From assembly GCA_045837725.1 (NCBI GenBank), contig JBEWZL010000188.1, positions 1-64,000 on the forward strand: a stretch of DNA of 64,000 nucleotides. Direction: 5' to 3'. The notes under the pieces were generated by a model. The model saw only the letters and a list, made by a program, of their open reading frames with translations, had not been told where the DNA came from and made no database searches. This DNA is from Vermamoeba vermiformis. Lineage: Eukaryota. Shown piece by piece: positions 36,053 through 50,000 of the stretch. Both the position numbers and the translations under genes were made by a program. Numbering within the stretch: the first letter of the stretch is position 1; every line of letters begins with the position of its first letter.

Positions 36053-36446
36053 TGTGGTCTTGTCCTTGGATTTATGTTTGCAACTCAAAAAACAAATCAC
36101 AAGCGTTCAATTACAAGAGAATACCGATTGGCAACTTTGTTTCGTCGGCAAGAAAAGTTAGGGCTATTCAATGTGCTGTAATCATTGTAAAGAATGGTAG
36201 TATTACGTGATTTACTTTTCACTGTCGTAACAACGGGCAATTCGCCGCAATGTTTAGAAAACCAGAAATTTCGTTTAAGATAAATCATTATTCTATAAAT
36301 AATAACCATTAATATAATCGCATACATGAAGATTAGAGAAAAGGGAAAAATCAGAAAATAAAAGTTGCATCAATCAGCGTTCTTTTTTGAGATCTAAATT
36401 CGGACATCCATTGGCTTTAATCCTTTTAATGTACAAGGAGAATCGA

Positions 36447-38049
36447 TTAATATCGAATGTATTTCATGAGTTTATCGATCGGAGTTGCGAAGAAGAACCG
36501 GATCAAGGCCGTTACACGAGTGCTCATTTCAGTGTAGTGAGTTCTCTTGCCTTTAACGATCGCATCGATAATACCAGGTGTAACTCTCTACAATGAATCA
36601 CGATATTAATATTACATGTCTATTAGTATATTATTAAACGATTTGACGAAGAAATAATTGTCTTTTCCAAATTAGGAAATACCGTTACAAATGAGATAAT
36701 TCGCATTGTACGTACCTCAGGCGCAGAGAAGAACAACATGCGTTGATAGAACGGTTGTTTATCAGAGAATACTTCTTTAATCAAGTCGGTGTAAGTAGGA
36801 CCAGGATAAATCATTGTCGTAGTCACGCCGTAATCTTCAACTTCAATTCTCAACGATTCGAAGAATCCTAAGAATATAAACGTATTTAATATATGATATG
36901 TACCGCTATAGTGGTATTTTAAGCTTAGGAGCGATGGAATTAAAATAACGAAAATATTTCGAAGAAATTGTACCTCGTAATCCAGCCTTGGACGAGCAAT
37001 AGGGCGAGTAGCCATAGAGAGCTAAGTGAGCTAATAACATATATATGTTAGTATTACCCTGGTTTAAGCGATAATAATGCCTAGTGGATCTGGATGTCGG
37101 AGTGTTCGTACCTGAAGTGCTGGACATGACTGAGATCTGACCCTTGGCCTTGATTAAATGTTCCAAGCTATGTTTAGCGATCATAGCATGCGACACGTGA
37201 TTGCCGAGCAACACGCGCTCAACAAGTTCAGGGGTCATATCACGTACTGGCTTTACCGGCATCATTCCGTGGTTTAAGACTAAGTGATCCAGACCGCTGA
37301 ATTTCTCAATTGCTTCATCGACAACTTTCCTGAATATTAATATGTCAGATATAATTAATTAAAAGGAATTTTATGATTTTTGTAACGGGATGCGGATGTC
37401 GGAATTTGAGGGCAATTTAAAGATTGCCGTAAATGAAAAATTATGGTAGATATATTAAGCTTACTTTGAGTTCTCCGAAATGCACAAATCAGCAGCAACA
37501 TAGTGCACATCCGCGCCGAGTTTTCTACACTCTTCCGCAGTTTGCTTGATTAATTCTTCGCGCAGATCCACTAAAACAAGCCTATATTAAATTAGCATTA
37601 ATATCAAGGTAATGAGACATCTATATTAATTTAAATAGCTTTTGTGCTTAAGGAATAAAGATTACTCCGATCCGTGTTTTCGGTTGGCTTTGTAACTTAC
37701 TTGGCCCCACATGAAGCAAATTTTAATGCAAAATCTCGTCCAAAACCTCTCGCAGCGCCAGTAATAAGCATGACTTTGCCTAAATAAGTGAAATTAGTCA
37801 AAAATTGTCTTGATCCGTTAAAATTAATTATTACAAAACCCAGAAAAATATCTGGTTTAATAATATGTATCGCTATCGTTATATAAATTATTGCACGAAG
37901 GGAGCATCAGCAAAATTAATTTTTGAATTTTTAAATTCAAATTTACCTTTTACCCGTTGCTGGATCTCTTCGTGAGTGAGGTGGCGGTCAAGGAACAATT
38001 TATACACAATATATACAGTGAATAGTGCTAATAAAATATTGACGAACAT
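36447..38049 (-). CDS. Membrane-anchored short-chain dehydrogenase/reductase (11-beta-HSD/DHRS7-like)
   Basis: N-terminal hydrophobic anchor; ITGAARGFG; LDHLVLNHG; YCSSK; FFESLRIE. Confidence 0.85.
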
Positions 38050-38250
38050 GTTGGTATCGCGAGATGTTGTTGCCGTATGTGATTTTTGCTCGTAAAATGA
38101 ACACAACCTGAAAAATCGTTTTTCGCCTCGGACAACCAAAAGAAATGCATATAATATGCATAAGAAAGTCGCTTTACGGTTTTTTAGGGCAATTTATACT
38201 TTCCTTCGGGTAGAAACGTTTTTATTGCTAGATCTGATGTTCAATCAGCT

Positions 38251-39702
38251 TTACAAACTAAAGTAATGCGCGTATGGATACTTTGCAAGAATTTCTTGCA
38301 AAAGCATGTGATTTCTTTCCCATTTCATACCATAATAGCGCACTGAAGCAATATCACGCTCAAGCTCTCCGATAGTCAATTCAATCTCGTTCGTGTTTGC
38401 TCCGAGTGCGCTGGATCTAATTGCGCATTTTAGAGCTATTAATTGCTGAAATAGGAATGTCATGGCATCAAAGGTAAGTCCTTCTGATTTTTCGGCTACA
38501 GCATCCACATCCATCTTGACATTCTTTTTTATGTTAACGATTTGAGGATATTTCTTAATCTCTTCAATTATTTGCATTTTTCTTTCATTTTTGTCGGGTC
38601 TCTTGAGCTCAACTAAAGTACAGTGCGTAGCAAACCTGATTAAAAAAAAAACATTAATCATCGACTGAATACAACCGACCTCTATTAGCTTAAAATAACA
38701 TCATAAATAAAATATTAATTATTTTGCACTGTAATTACAGAGTAATTGTGTTATTTCACGCGGTGAAACGAAAATTGTAGCGGAGGCGTGTTGAACTTAC
38801 AATTCGGTTAATGGAGGCTTAATAAATTCTAGTGACTTTGTATTTCCAAGCAATATAATATCTTCTTTATCTATAGCAATAGCAATAATGTTAGAATCCC
38901 GACGGAGTTTTTTGAATTTTTTTGAAGATGCGTTTTCAATTTCGGATCCGACTATCCACGTGCACGTACTCTGATTGACTATCTGAACAAGCTCATTAGC
39001 AATGTCTTGTCTCTGATTATAGGATTCATTCCAGCATTCGTATCGTCTAAATCATGAAGCAATAACAATGTTTTTTTGCCTTCCATTTTTGCTGCGGTAA
39101 GGCACTTCATAAATTCTTGGGTAAATCCCGTTCCGCTGCGGATTAATAATTAAATTAATGTTAGTTTTATACAAAGGATATATTATTAATCATTTTTCTT
39201 ACCGCCAGCGATTTACAAAGTTCAGATCGTGCGAAAAAACATTGAACAAGTCGTTATTTTGTAACGAATTAAAGTGATCTTTTAGCCGTCCCAAAAACAC
39301 TCCACTTTCGTTTATAAATAACTGTCCTTTTGACACTAGGAATGTTCGACCGATTAATTTTCTAAGCAGTTATACTACAGGAGATTGGACCCTTCAACGT
39401 TGGTTTTTTGTGTTATTTAATGTATCTAAAGAAGGCATAATCTCCCCCGCGCCCAGAAATGAAATGTTAATCAATGGTTACTGGTTAAATCGGCGGAGGG
39501 AGACGGACCGTTGATAAGACGCGCCAACATAAAAAACTATTATAGAAGCCCATTACACATTAATAAATATGTATAATTTTATTTAATTTTAGAGCTTATA
39601 TAATTATTACCTGCCTGATTGCTCCAATGGATTTGTGAGGCCCGAAGGGTGGATCAGTTGTTGCCAAATGGCTTGACGAATCTCCTCAGGCAAAATTTCC
39701 AT
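38251..39702 (-). CDS. Hypothetical protein, possibly a degenerate AAA+ domain
   Basis: Walker-B-like LLLLHDLDD; lid-like VDAVAEKSEGLT; no intact Walker A seen. Confidence 0.4.
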
Positions 39703-39927
39703 AGTAATAGCAAGACTAATATATATTGTTACATGTTCTACAGCCTCGTATGAAAAAATGAAATGGTTGGTAAAAAAAGCGCCAAAATTTATTTCCGAAT
39801 CACCAATAAAGGCCGGTCTCTTAGGTACTAACCGATTCAATTTAATACATAATAGATCTTTTTGGCCGGTTCTGTTATGATTCCTGCCTGATCGCATCTA
39901 ACTGCGATATTTTTTTCTTGCCTGCCG

Positions 39928-40267
39928 TTATCGTAAGAGGCACCCAATAACAGAAGCAATTAAACCCAATCCTCCAATAGCCGTTAAAATTCCTCCCGAG
40001 ACCACCATACCAACTGGCAAAATTAAAAATAAATTGTAATTCAAAAATTGCTAAAATAATCAACGGCTAATTATTAAATTTTATTTATTCGCTGTAATAC
40101 TTACGAATCCAAGGATTTATTCCATTCGATAATAATCCGACGCCAATAATAAAAAACATGCCGAAAAAAATGGTTCCGGCCCATGGCAACTTCTTTGGAT
40201 CCCAAAATGGTGGGTTTCTGCTCACAACCCTAACCGGGGCCATTTCGTACACTCTTTCTTCGTTCAT
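39928..40267 (-). CDS. Small two-TM membrane protein (2 exons)
   Basis: WAGTIFFGMFFIIGVGLL and LGMVVSGGILTAIGGLGLIASVIGCLLR* join across a GT-AG intron. Confidence 0.5.
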
Positions 40268-40387
40268 TTTTGAATTTAGAAGAAAATTTAAAAATAACGC
40301 CTCAAATTTTGTCGCGTTCTATTTTTGGAATTCGTACGAAAACTTTATTTCCTTTTAAAAAGAAAAAGCTGACTAGAGCAGGGGTCC

Positions 40388-43268
40388 TTAATAGCCTCCT
40401 ATAATAAGTAGTTAGATTACTACACTAGTACGAGAGTATGTTTTTGAAGGTCACCTTGGTTGCCGAAGATCTTCTTGATCTTTGCGTTGTTGGGATTGGC
40501 AGGCGGTACCATATTAGGATAATTCTTTACCATATATTGCCATTGGTACTCGACTAGCAAGTAGTTCGCTAATTGAGACGGATCTGCGTAACGAGATCAA
40601 GGTCAAAGAAAATTAACTTCGCAATGATCTACTTGGTGCATTATTATATGAAATATAAGATGTGTATAAATATTATAGCGTTAGATTCATATTTGAAAGG
40701 ATACGGAAACCATCAAAAGGCTCGATCAGTTCCCAAACTTTTCCTCCCTTCTCGACAAAATGACCAATTACGGCTAAAACAATAAAATATTATTAATATT
40801 TCATATGCATGCTAATAATATGAGAAGTAGCTTATCGTACGAATCATAGGGCAGTCCATGTAGATAGTTTGGAAATTCTTCGGCTGGTACGTTTCGCCGG
40901 CCTACAGGAGGAAACTTAAAATTGATTTCCAAAATTTCAAATGAAAAAAAGGATTTCATCGCGTTACCTTCTTCAATGCCGCACTCAGCTCAGCAGCGCG
41001 CAGCGAAGTCTCATTGCGACGAGTCTCGTTTGACGTCATCCAACCAGGGCACGGTGAAGAGCCAACACATTCCATGAACGAGTAAAATGATTCGTAGGTC
41101 ACATCACCTCTGTGTATAGTAACAACAATTAGCAATTTGTTTTGCTAAAGTTGCATCGCCGGATGTGGTACAGAAAAAACATTTTCGTTAACTAATTTAA
41201 CTCCGAAAGATACCTATATTCTACTATACTATATAGATCGAATATAAGAGTACTACAGCAATAATATAACTTGAAGTGTTATTCATACGAATTAATAAGG
41301 TCAAGTGGATCTAGCTCTCGGTAGAAAAAAGTTACCTTAGAGCGCCCAAAGGATGAACTCTATCGTGCATAGCGTTAAATAACACTCGTCCGTCAACGAG
41401 ACCCATCAATGTGACAAATGAACCGGCAGGCAAGTGTTGATCCAACATCTTCAACGTGTTCATGGACGATTGATAGAAATCTTCCACAGAGGTCATGCCT
41501 GCAGGGTACCCGTTCTTACAAACGTCATTTCCTAATAAGGCAACTGACACGAAGGCAGGCTTATCGAGCGTTTGATTTCTCTTCATCGTCAAGCCGTTAG
41601 CGAATGCAATGTCTTTTGCTTTAGCGCCATTGACCCCAATATTTTGATAGTCTAACAAATACCATATATTATAATATAATCAATAGCAATTAAACAAGCT
41701 TATACGAACATGGATGATAAAATTATTGAAAAGGCAAATAAATTGTGTTAAAAAAATTGTTATCGTACCTCTGTGCGAGCACAAATTCTGTTCTCTAACG
41801 CGCAAATAAATGCTATCAACGGGACCTTGAGGAGCACCGACCCATTTAGAGGTCTCGAAACCTATCATTACGAGATTAGTTGATTAACGCAGATCCGGTT
41901 TTTAATTCAATAATTCTCGTCTGTACCAGTGCCAGCAGACATTTGCGGGAAATCAATTTCATTGGTCAATATTTGCAGGAGATTGCTGTACGTCTTGTTG
42001 TTGATCGCTGTGGCATTGACCCATTCTGGCGGGAAATGGAAGTGCGCAACTAAACCGCGCCGAAGTGGATCCGTTAGTATCTCATTTCAAATACTATATA
42101 TTGATATTTAGTACCTGCAGAGTCGCCAATTACAACAACACCGTAAGGATTAGTTCCCGCGCAAAGTTCATCTTCGTACGAATTGCCGGTTGAAGGATTT
42201 ACACCGTGAATTCCGTTGCAGTCGTGATCGACAGTGGCCTATTACAAAGAATTAACATTTAATAATATTAATATGAATATTGGTACATTAGATATAATGA
42301 TATATAGGTCCTACTTACGTCAAAGTTGTTGACTTTACGGCCAGGATAAATTTTGTCTTCAAAGTCGTTGCAGTCTTTGCCCTTCCAGCTCGTGCCTCTA
42401 AACTCGTGAATAACTATATACTATAATTAGTACCACTCTATAATTATAATAATTTTCAATATTAAGTCAACGTAGCTGCAGCGGCAGTTCAGATCTTGTA
42501 ACTTACAAGTGAACATGTCGCCATCAGTATCGACGAGGGGCTTGTGGTTGTTGAACACGTTCTCCATGATTTTAATGAGCCAATCAAGAGGATCATCGAG
42601 CTGTGTATTGCGTTCTTGTTTCTGCTTGATGGAAGCTACGAGCGGATCGAACCGTTGTGGATCTTTGCCCGAAACAGGGTACAAATGGCAGGTCTTATCT
42701 TGGCATACATCAATTGCTTGACAAACTTCGTCGGCAGTCGCGCCATTAGCTATTAAAATAAATTAAAATTTTGTACCGGATCTTTAATCGTCGGAGAAAA
42801 ATATTGTAATTTCAATATCATGTTGCTTTAGGACGTATAAGGTATATTATTATGATAGTATTCTTACCTAACAGAGGAATAATAAAAGGACCGTATTTTT
42901 CAACCAAATTATCGCAAGGGAGCGAGAACGGCTTCGGAAAGATATTGCAGAAAAATTCCAACGCCTCTTCAATTTTTTTCTCGTGGATACTAGCAAATTG
43001 TTCGAGGATACCAATAGCTATCAATTAAATTAAATTAAAATTAAAAATAATTTTCGATTGAAAATTCGGTTGGCTTTAAGACGAAATGTGAATCCATACC
43101 AAAGGTGCAACCAAGGCAAGCTGTGCCCATAGCAGTATCATAAACTCCCAATGAGTGAAGAAGGCGGTCGACCTTTGGATTTGACGATCTTCTGGTCTGA
43201 TCGAATGCAATGGCCTGCGAGACGCAGAAAATAAGCAAAATACCGAATGCAGTAATTTTAGGAGCCAT
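40388..43268 (-). CDS. AOAH: Acyloxyacyl hydrolase (saposin-like plus SGNH lipase; LPS deacylase)
   Basis: Signal peptide; saposin Cys pattern; VVVIGDSA, AHFHFPPEW, DYQNIGVNGA, LLGNDVC, DGFHP; C-terminal FGNQGGY. Confidence 0.93.
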
Positions 43269-43545
43269 TTGTATCTTTTTGCAATCATAGGTCAGAAATA
43301 ACTTGAACGTAACGTCAAAAACTCCAGATCGAAAAATTTATCAACTTTATTTCGCTTGAAAATTGTAATTTAAAGGCGTAATATTATTATTAATTACTGC
43401 CTATTAGATGCCTTATGGCAGAGAAGATAAAGTTCTTGGAACAAAGCCAGATCAAGAGGTCACATGACTTGGTCTCGAGATCAAAACGGTTAAATTCAAA
43501 TTTTAGCCGTTTGCATTTGTTTACACGTTTATATATGCAACAAAT

Positions 43546-46191
43546 ATGAACAGCATTTTATGGTTCAGAAAAGGCCTTCGTCTTCACGACAACTTAGCGT
43601 TGGTGGAAGCGATCAAAGGCGAAGTTAAAAATTTCTATCCAGTGTTTATATTAGACCCACATTTTGTGGATAGTTCTCGAATAGGAGAAAATAGAATGCG
43701 ATTTTTGTTGCAGACTTTGCGAGATCTGGATTCAAATTTACGAAAAAAAGGCTCCAGGTAATTCTTTTAATTAAATTATCGTTGGTAAAATTATATAATA
43801 ATATTATTTACCTTTTAGATTATTCGTGCTGAAAGGCAAGCCTGTTGAAGTGTTTCCATCCGTTTTCAAGCGCTGGCACATCCAAAAAATTGCGTGGGAG
43901 AAAGATACCGAGCCATACGCCTTAATTGTAAGTATACGTCATATACAGTCACACAAATAATGATAGATGTCTGTCTGGTCGTGAGATCAGGTGACAAAAT
44001 CTCGTTCCCGCCCAAATTTTAAACTTTTATTTTGACAGCGTGACAAGCAAATCGAAAAATTAGCCAAAGACAGTAAAGTGGACGTTGCTATTACCTTTGG
44101 ACATACATTATACGACTTAGACATCTTGCTTAAGAAAAATAACGGAAAAGCGCCGATGACTTACAAAGGTACGCTACAAAACGATTTAAATACCAAAATA
44201 TTAATTATTATTGCCTTATTAGGCTTTCAAACGTTGATGACTAAGGCTGGTATGCCTCAAAGACCTAAAGACGCACCAGATCAGCTGCCTCCGTACGAAA
44301 TGACAAAAGAAGACCAGAAAAACGATGAATCTGAAAACTGGCTTGAAAATTATTCGTAAGAATTTTAATTAAGACCATTGAGCACATTATTCTAACCTAC
44401 AATAGCGTTCCTAACTTAGGATCTCTTCCGACTTATCCTGCCGAAGAAGACGTGCCTGAGATTCCTTATAAAGGAGGCGAAACTGTTGCGCTTGAACGAA
44501 TGGAGGTAAAATAGTTAATTTATAATGGAAAATTTTCTTTTCTATTCTCGTTGTTTTCTGCACGATCCAGCAAATTGCTAAAATTTCCTGATTTAGAAAT
44601 ACTTGACCTTCAAGAAGGAAGTTTTGACGTTCAGCAAGCCTGATACAAACGCAGCGAGCAGTAAGTAGAAAATTGGATGATTATGATCAAATTTCCTAAT
44701 AAGGCAATCCTTCAAAACAGTGCCCAAAGCTGTTGCCAGCGCATTGAACGGTGAAACTACAGTATTAAGCCCTTATATTAAATTTGGTAAGATACCAATG
44801 ATTCGGTTGCAACTTAAGGTAACTTTCCTAATAATAAGGAAATTTGTTTTCGTTCAGGATCCCTGTCCTCGCGTCTATTTTATTGGAAATTGAAAGATAT
44901 GTACGCAAAGGACACTCATTCGTTGCCGCCAGTCTCATTAGAAGGTCAATTAATATGGCGCGAATTTTTCTATACTGCTGCGTACGCTACGCCAAATTTC
45001 GACAAAATGGTTGGAAATCCGATCTGTAAGCAGATCCCGTGGACGAACGACGAGAAATTCATTGAAGCTTGGAAGAATGCTAAGACTGGCTTCCCTTGGA
45101 TCGACGCTATCATGACGCAGTTGAAGACTGAAGTACGTTACAAATTATTTCCTTTTTTGGAAATCATACTTTAATCTCGCTCAGCTTCTTCATTAACTCA
45201 TAAACAACGAACTGCTATTATTAAAGACCAAAAGGAGATTATGTTAACTAATCCTTTTTCCTATTTTCTAGGGCTGGATCCACCATTTGGCAAGACATTC
45301 AGTCGCGTGTTTTCTAACGCGAGGTGATTTGTGGGTGAGTTGGGAGAAAGGCCGCGACATATTTGATTTGTGGCTGCTAGACGATGATTGGAGCCTTAAC
45401 AACGCGAATTGGATGTGGCTCAGTTGTTCGTCGTTCTTTTACAAGTACTTCAGAGTGTACAGTCCCGTTGCTTTTGCCAAGAAATACGATCCTGAAGGCA
45501 AATATATCAAGTAGGTCAAATTTAAGTCTTATTTTTTTGCTACGATTCACTCATAGAAACAATTTACGTAGTTTTTTCGCCCGCATCCGTCCATTTATGA
45601 CAAAATGAAATACAACAAGTGCTATGCACTTTTATTTGCATATTAATTATATTCTTGACTAATGAATTGGTGTTATACCTGACAACTATATATTTTACGA
45701 CCGTGTATGGATCATACAATTTTTTCTGACGATTTTTCTAATTTAGGAAGTATCTACCCGTGCTTAAGAATATGCCAGCAAAGTACATCTTAGAGCCGTG
45801 GAAAGCACCAGAATCCGTTCAAAAGACAGCGAAGTGTATTATCGGCAAAGATTATCCTAAGCCGATTGTGGATCACGCTGAAGCATCGAAGAGATGCATT
45901 AATGCGATGAAAGAGGCTTATGCGAATCAACCAGCGACCAGTAACAATACAAGTAATAACAATAAGGAAGACGAGAATGATGAGAATGAAAATGAAGTCG
46001 AAGATGATGAAATTGAACAGAAAAAATCGCCCAAAAAGGCTGAAAAGAATTCTGATGAGAATAATAGCCGTTCGAAAACTAATTCTAATAATAGTAGTAG
46101 TGGTAGCAAGGTGTTAGGTCAAAAGCGCAAAGCGAGTGATGAAATAAACAAATACAAAAATGGTACGAAAAAGATCAAAATAACGAAATAA
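43546..46191 (+). CDS. (6-4) photolyase / animal-type cryptochrome
   Basis: [65 protein letters not shown]. Confidence 0.95.
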
Positions 46192-46400
46192 AATATGAGA
46201 ATATTAAGGCCACTAAAGCAAAGCTTGTTTCTTTTGATTTTTTGTGCGACGGACTTTCATGAGTAAGGAGAAATCTGAATAAAAGATGTGTACGGAATAA
46301 TAACCAGATCTGGCGAACTAATCAACTCGTCAAGAATAAATTTTTATTTAGGTCTACACGAGAGATTTATAATTATAGACATAAGGTTGGCAGATCTCTC

Positions 46401-46874
46401 TTAATGGGTCTTGACTCGATCGAGGTTGTTGCCTTCGTACCAGATGGCCAACAACATGAAAGCACTGCGGACGACAGCAAGACCAACGCTAGCAACAATG
46501 GTTAAGTTGTAACCCATAAATACAGGCTTGCCAGGGAATTGTTGGTTAACTTGCAAGAGTCCGAAGATGGTGAGAAGATCGCCGATCAAGAGCGAGAAAA
46601 TGATCCAGAAGCGACCACGAGTAGTGCTGTGCTTCAAGCCAAAATAGAGGAGCAAGCCAAAAACAATTAAAATAACGCCCAAGGCTCCAACAAAGAATTT
46701 AGCAACTGCATCAGTAGATGTGACGTCCAAAAATGCAGTAATAAATTCTGAGGGGTTGGTAATTGCGTAGTAACCAGAAACAAGGCACACAAGAGGCTCA
46801 GCGTAGATGAAGATCAGCTTGAAAAGTGCTGAGCTGAGCGGGCCAGTAACAACGGGGTTTCTTCTGCTCGACAT
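46401..46874 (-). CDS. Intronless four-TM hypothetical membrane protein
   Basis: 157-aa ATG-initiated ORF with four hydrophobic helices and LLIGD motif. Confidence 0.7.
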   Translation of the reverse strand: MSSRRNPVVTGPLSSALFKLIFIYAEPLVCLVSGYYAITNPSEFITAFLDVTSTDAVAKFFVGALGVILIVFGLLLYFGLKHSTTRGRFWIIFSLLIGDLLTIFGLLQVNQQFPGKPVFMGYNLTIVASVGLAVVRSAFMLLAIWYEGNNLDRVKTH

Positions 46875-47092
46875 TGCAAAATTATGAATATTTTTAGTAC
46901 ACTATGTGTTGCAATACTAAAATAAAATAAATAATGGCCGAAAATTTAAACAACCGTTTTTGATTTTTTTCGCGCCAATTTTAGGCGCGAGATCCTGTTT
47001 CGTCCGTTTAGTGCTCTTCCTTACGGATTAATAAAATTTTACTTTAGGTATGAAAAATACAAAATTGGAATAATTAAAACAATATTAGAACA

Positions 47093-50000
47093 TTATTTCT
47101 TGGCCTTCAAAGCATCCACGTTAATGAACAACGAGCTAGCCAAATTATCGACCTTTCCTTTCGGTACTTGCGAAACTCCATAACTAGGTCTGCGAATTTG
47201 ATCGCTCTTTTCAAGACTACGCGCATACTCTTCTTTTTGGTCTTCGTTTACTCCTTCAGGGATCGCGCTTCGTCCGTAACTAGGTCTGTGGTCTCTAATA
47301 TAGCCATAATTGCCTTTACGTTGAACTTTGGGAATCAGTCTCTTTTTGTCATCTATTTTAAATAAGAATTAGTAACTAGAACAAGACTTTTTGAGTCGGA
47401 TCGCATCCATAGATCTCAGTTATTCTGGATCTCATAGTAATTACCTTTAGGCTCTGGTTCAGGTTCGTACTCTTCTTCCTCCTCAATCTCATCTTCGAGA
47501 TGCACTTGTGGTGGCACGTACTCATTTTCAGGCTCTTGTTCAGTGACGTCTTCTAGCTCGACAGCGCTCTCAAAAGACTTGGATACTGGTGGCTCTGGAG
47601 GCTTGTAACGAGATGGTACAGGTGGATAAGGCAATTTACGCGTGCGTGAAGGTACTGGAGGATATGGCAATGGTCGGTTAGGTCTTGGAGGGCCATCGGG
47701 GTCATAGTCTGGTGGTGCATCCGGATCGTAATCTGGCGGGAAATCTTCTTCTTCATATTCTTCAGGTTCCTTATTTGCGGACACTACCATCAATTATAAG
47801 TAATTACGATCATATTTCTAATGCTAGACGCGAGATTTAAGCGTTAAACTTACCAGGTGCGTAATAGATCTCGTACGGCACAATACCGCCCATCTTAAAT
47901 CCAGGGGACAAAATGGTTCTTAAGCATACCAAGCATCCCACAACAACTTCGGCTGAGAAGTAGATCACTAGCGAGAGCCAAGCGAATGGATCACCAAAGT
48001 AGAGGCCGAAGAAGTTGAGCAAGCACACGTGCGCACCATGAGCGAGCACTGCTAAGCATAAGAACGACATCATGACGATAAGTCTTGCGGATCTGTTCAC
48101 AATTTCAGCGCCAAGTGTAAAGAACGCCAAAATCACCATAGCACCGCTCATTGTGATCTTGCTGATTTGATCCCACAACGCTCTATTAATACAAATCTAG
48201 TTATAATGCATTCACAATGCCGCCTACTATAGAAAAAAGATACCGTGAGTCTCGAAGGTATTCTATCAAGATCAAAATTGCGACGTAAAAGAGCAAGTTT
48301 GCAGCGTTGATAATGATGTGGACCAAGTTTTTTCTGAAAAGCAAGACGAAGCAGCCTTGCGTGAACCAACCACGGTGTTTGAAACGAACGATGGCTTGAC
48401 CGTTGTAATGTATGACGGTCCACATGAGCAATGATAAGGCCGAGACCATCAATGCAAGTGGAGCTTGTTCGATCAAGTACCAGCCCAAGATGTAATCGTG
48501 CACAGGATTCATACGCAAGAAATGCAAGTGCATAATGAGGAACAAGTGGACCTGTAACAAAAAGTTAATTAAATTGTCAGGTGTCAAAAGTGTCAGCCAG
48601 TTAAAATGTCAAACTTACGCCTCGAATAGCAGCAATGAAAATGACAGTGCAGATCACTAATGTCTTCCACTTTCTGTATCCGTACATGAACTTCGAAGTG
48701 CTATTCTTGACGGTCCAAACGACAATGAGCATGACGATTGCGAAGAGTGCCATGAAGCCGTAAGCACCAATAGCAATCCACAAGAACATGTTGTTCCAAT
48801 ATGAATCTCGAATCAACTCGCTGCGCATGATTGGCACGAACACTACGTCCTTCTTGATACGAGCACAAACGTGTTCTGAAGTCACGTCAAGTTGTTCGAG
48901 TTCCAATGGTTGCACGTGTACCTTCCATCTGTCGTCATAAATGACCTCTCCAATATCATAGTGCGGGTACAAATCATCGAAGGAGATATTGTACTCGGGA
49001 CGTCTAATAAAATAATTAATATTCGAGACATATTAACTTATTATGAAGAACGAAAATATGACCCAAAGTGACCGGGTCACAACTGTGAGAAAAATGTTAC
49101 CTATCAAAGCAGACGTAGTAACCGGTCTCCATGTCAAGCACGGCGGAAGTATTGTTTCCAAAATCAACTTCAATGCCATCGCCAATCAAAATACCAACTT
49201 CAAAGCCTTCCCACATAACGAGGTTCTCAATCAAAATGCGGTTTCTGCCGTCATCAAATCTGTCAGCCAATGAGACTTGGTTCTCGGCACCAACAAATGA
49301 AGTAGCAGGAATCGTCTTGAATGTCGCTACAAAGTTATCGACCAAAATTCTTGTCGAGTTGTCGAAGTAAACTGTCGCAAAACCAGCCTGTGACACGTGT
49401 CAAAAATGAAAGTTTCACAGTAAATCTTAGCAATGCTTACGTTTGCAGACTTGGTGAAGTTATTGAACACATGCACCATGTTCACTGAAGTCGTGTACCA
49501 GAACTCTTTGGTGCCGTAGTCGCAGTTAGCATCACCGCAGTAGCACATGAAATGATCGACGAAACCGAACAAATAATCAAATCTGCAAAGATACTCAGAC
49601 TTGATTTGAATAGCTGTCTTGCGCGTGATAGCATTGTCGAGGATATCCTGCAACTTAGTGAAGTTGACTGACTTGATCCACTTGTTGACGGATCCGTAGT
49701 ATCTCGGAGCCCAGTCAAGAGGGTTCATAACACCTGGCTTCCAGCTGCCCGGTATCCAATCATAGACCTATAAGATATATCATTAGTCTACTATCTTTTA
49801 ATATGTCTCGGGACTTACGTTCTCAACACGACCACCGCAAGCAAGACATTCAGAAGGAGGCTTCTCGCTGCGTCGTTGAATGTACTGATCGGTGTTGACG
49901 TCAAACTCGTCTTCAAGACACATCGTGCCAGATGACGCACACAACGCTTGAGTTCTCGATCGTTCAATCCAGCGAGGGTACGCGACACCATTGTGCGTAC

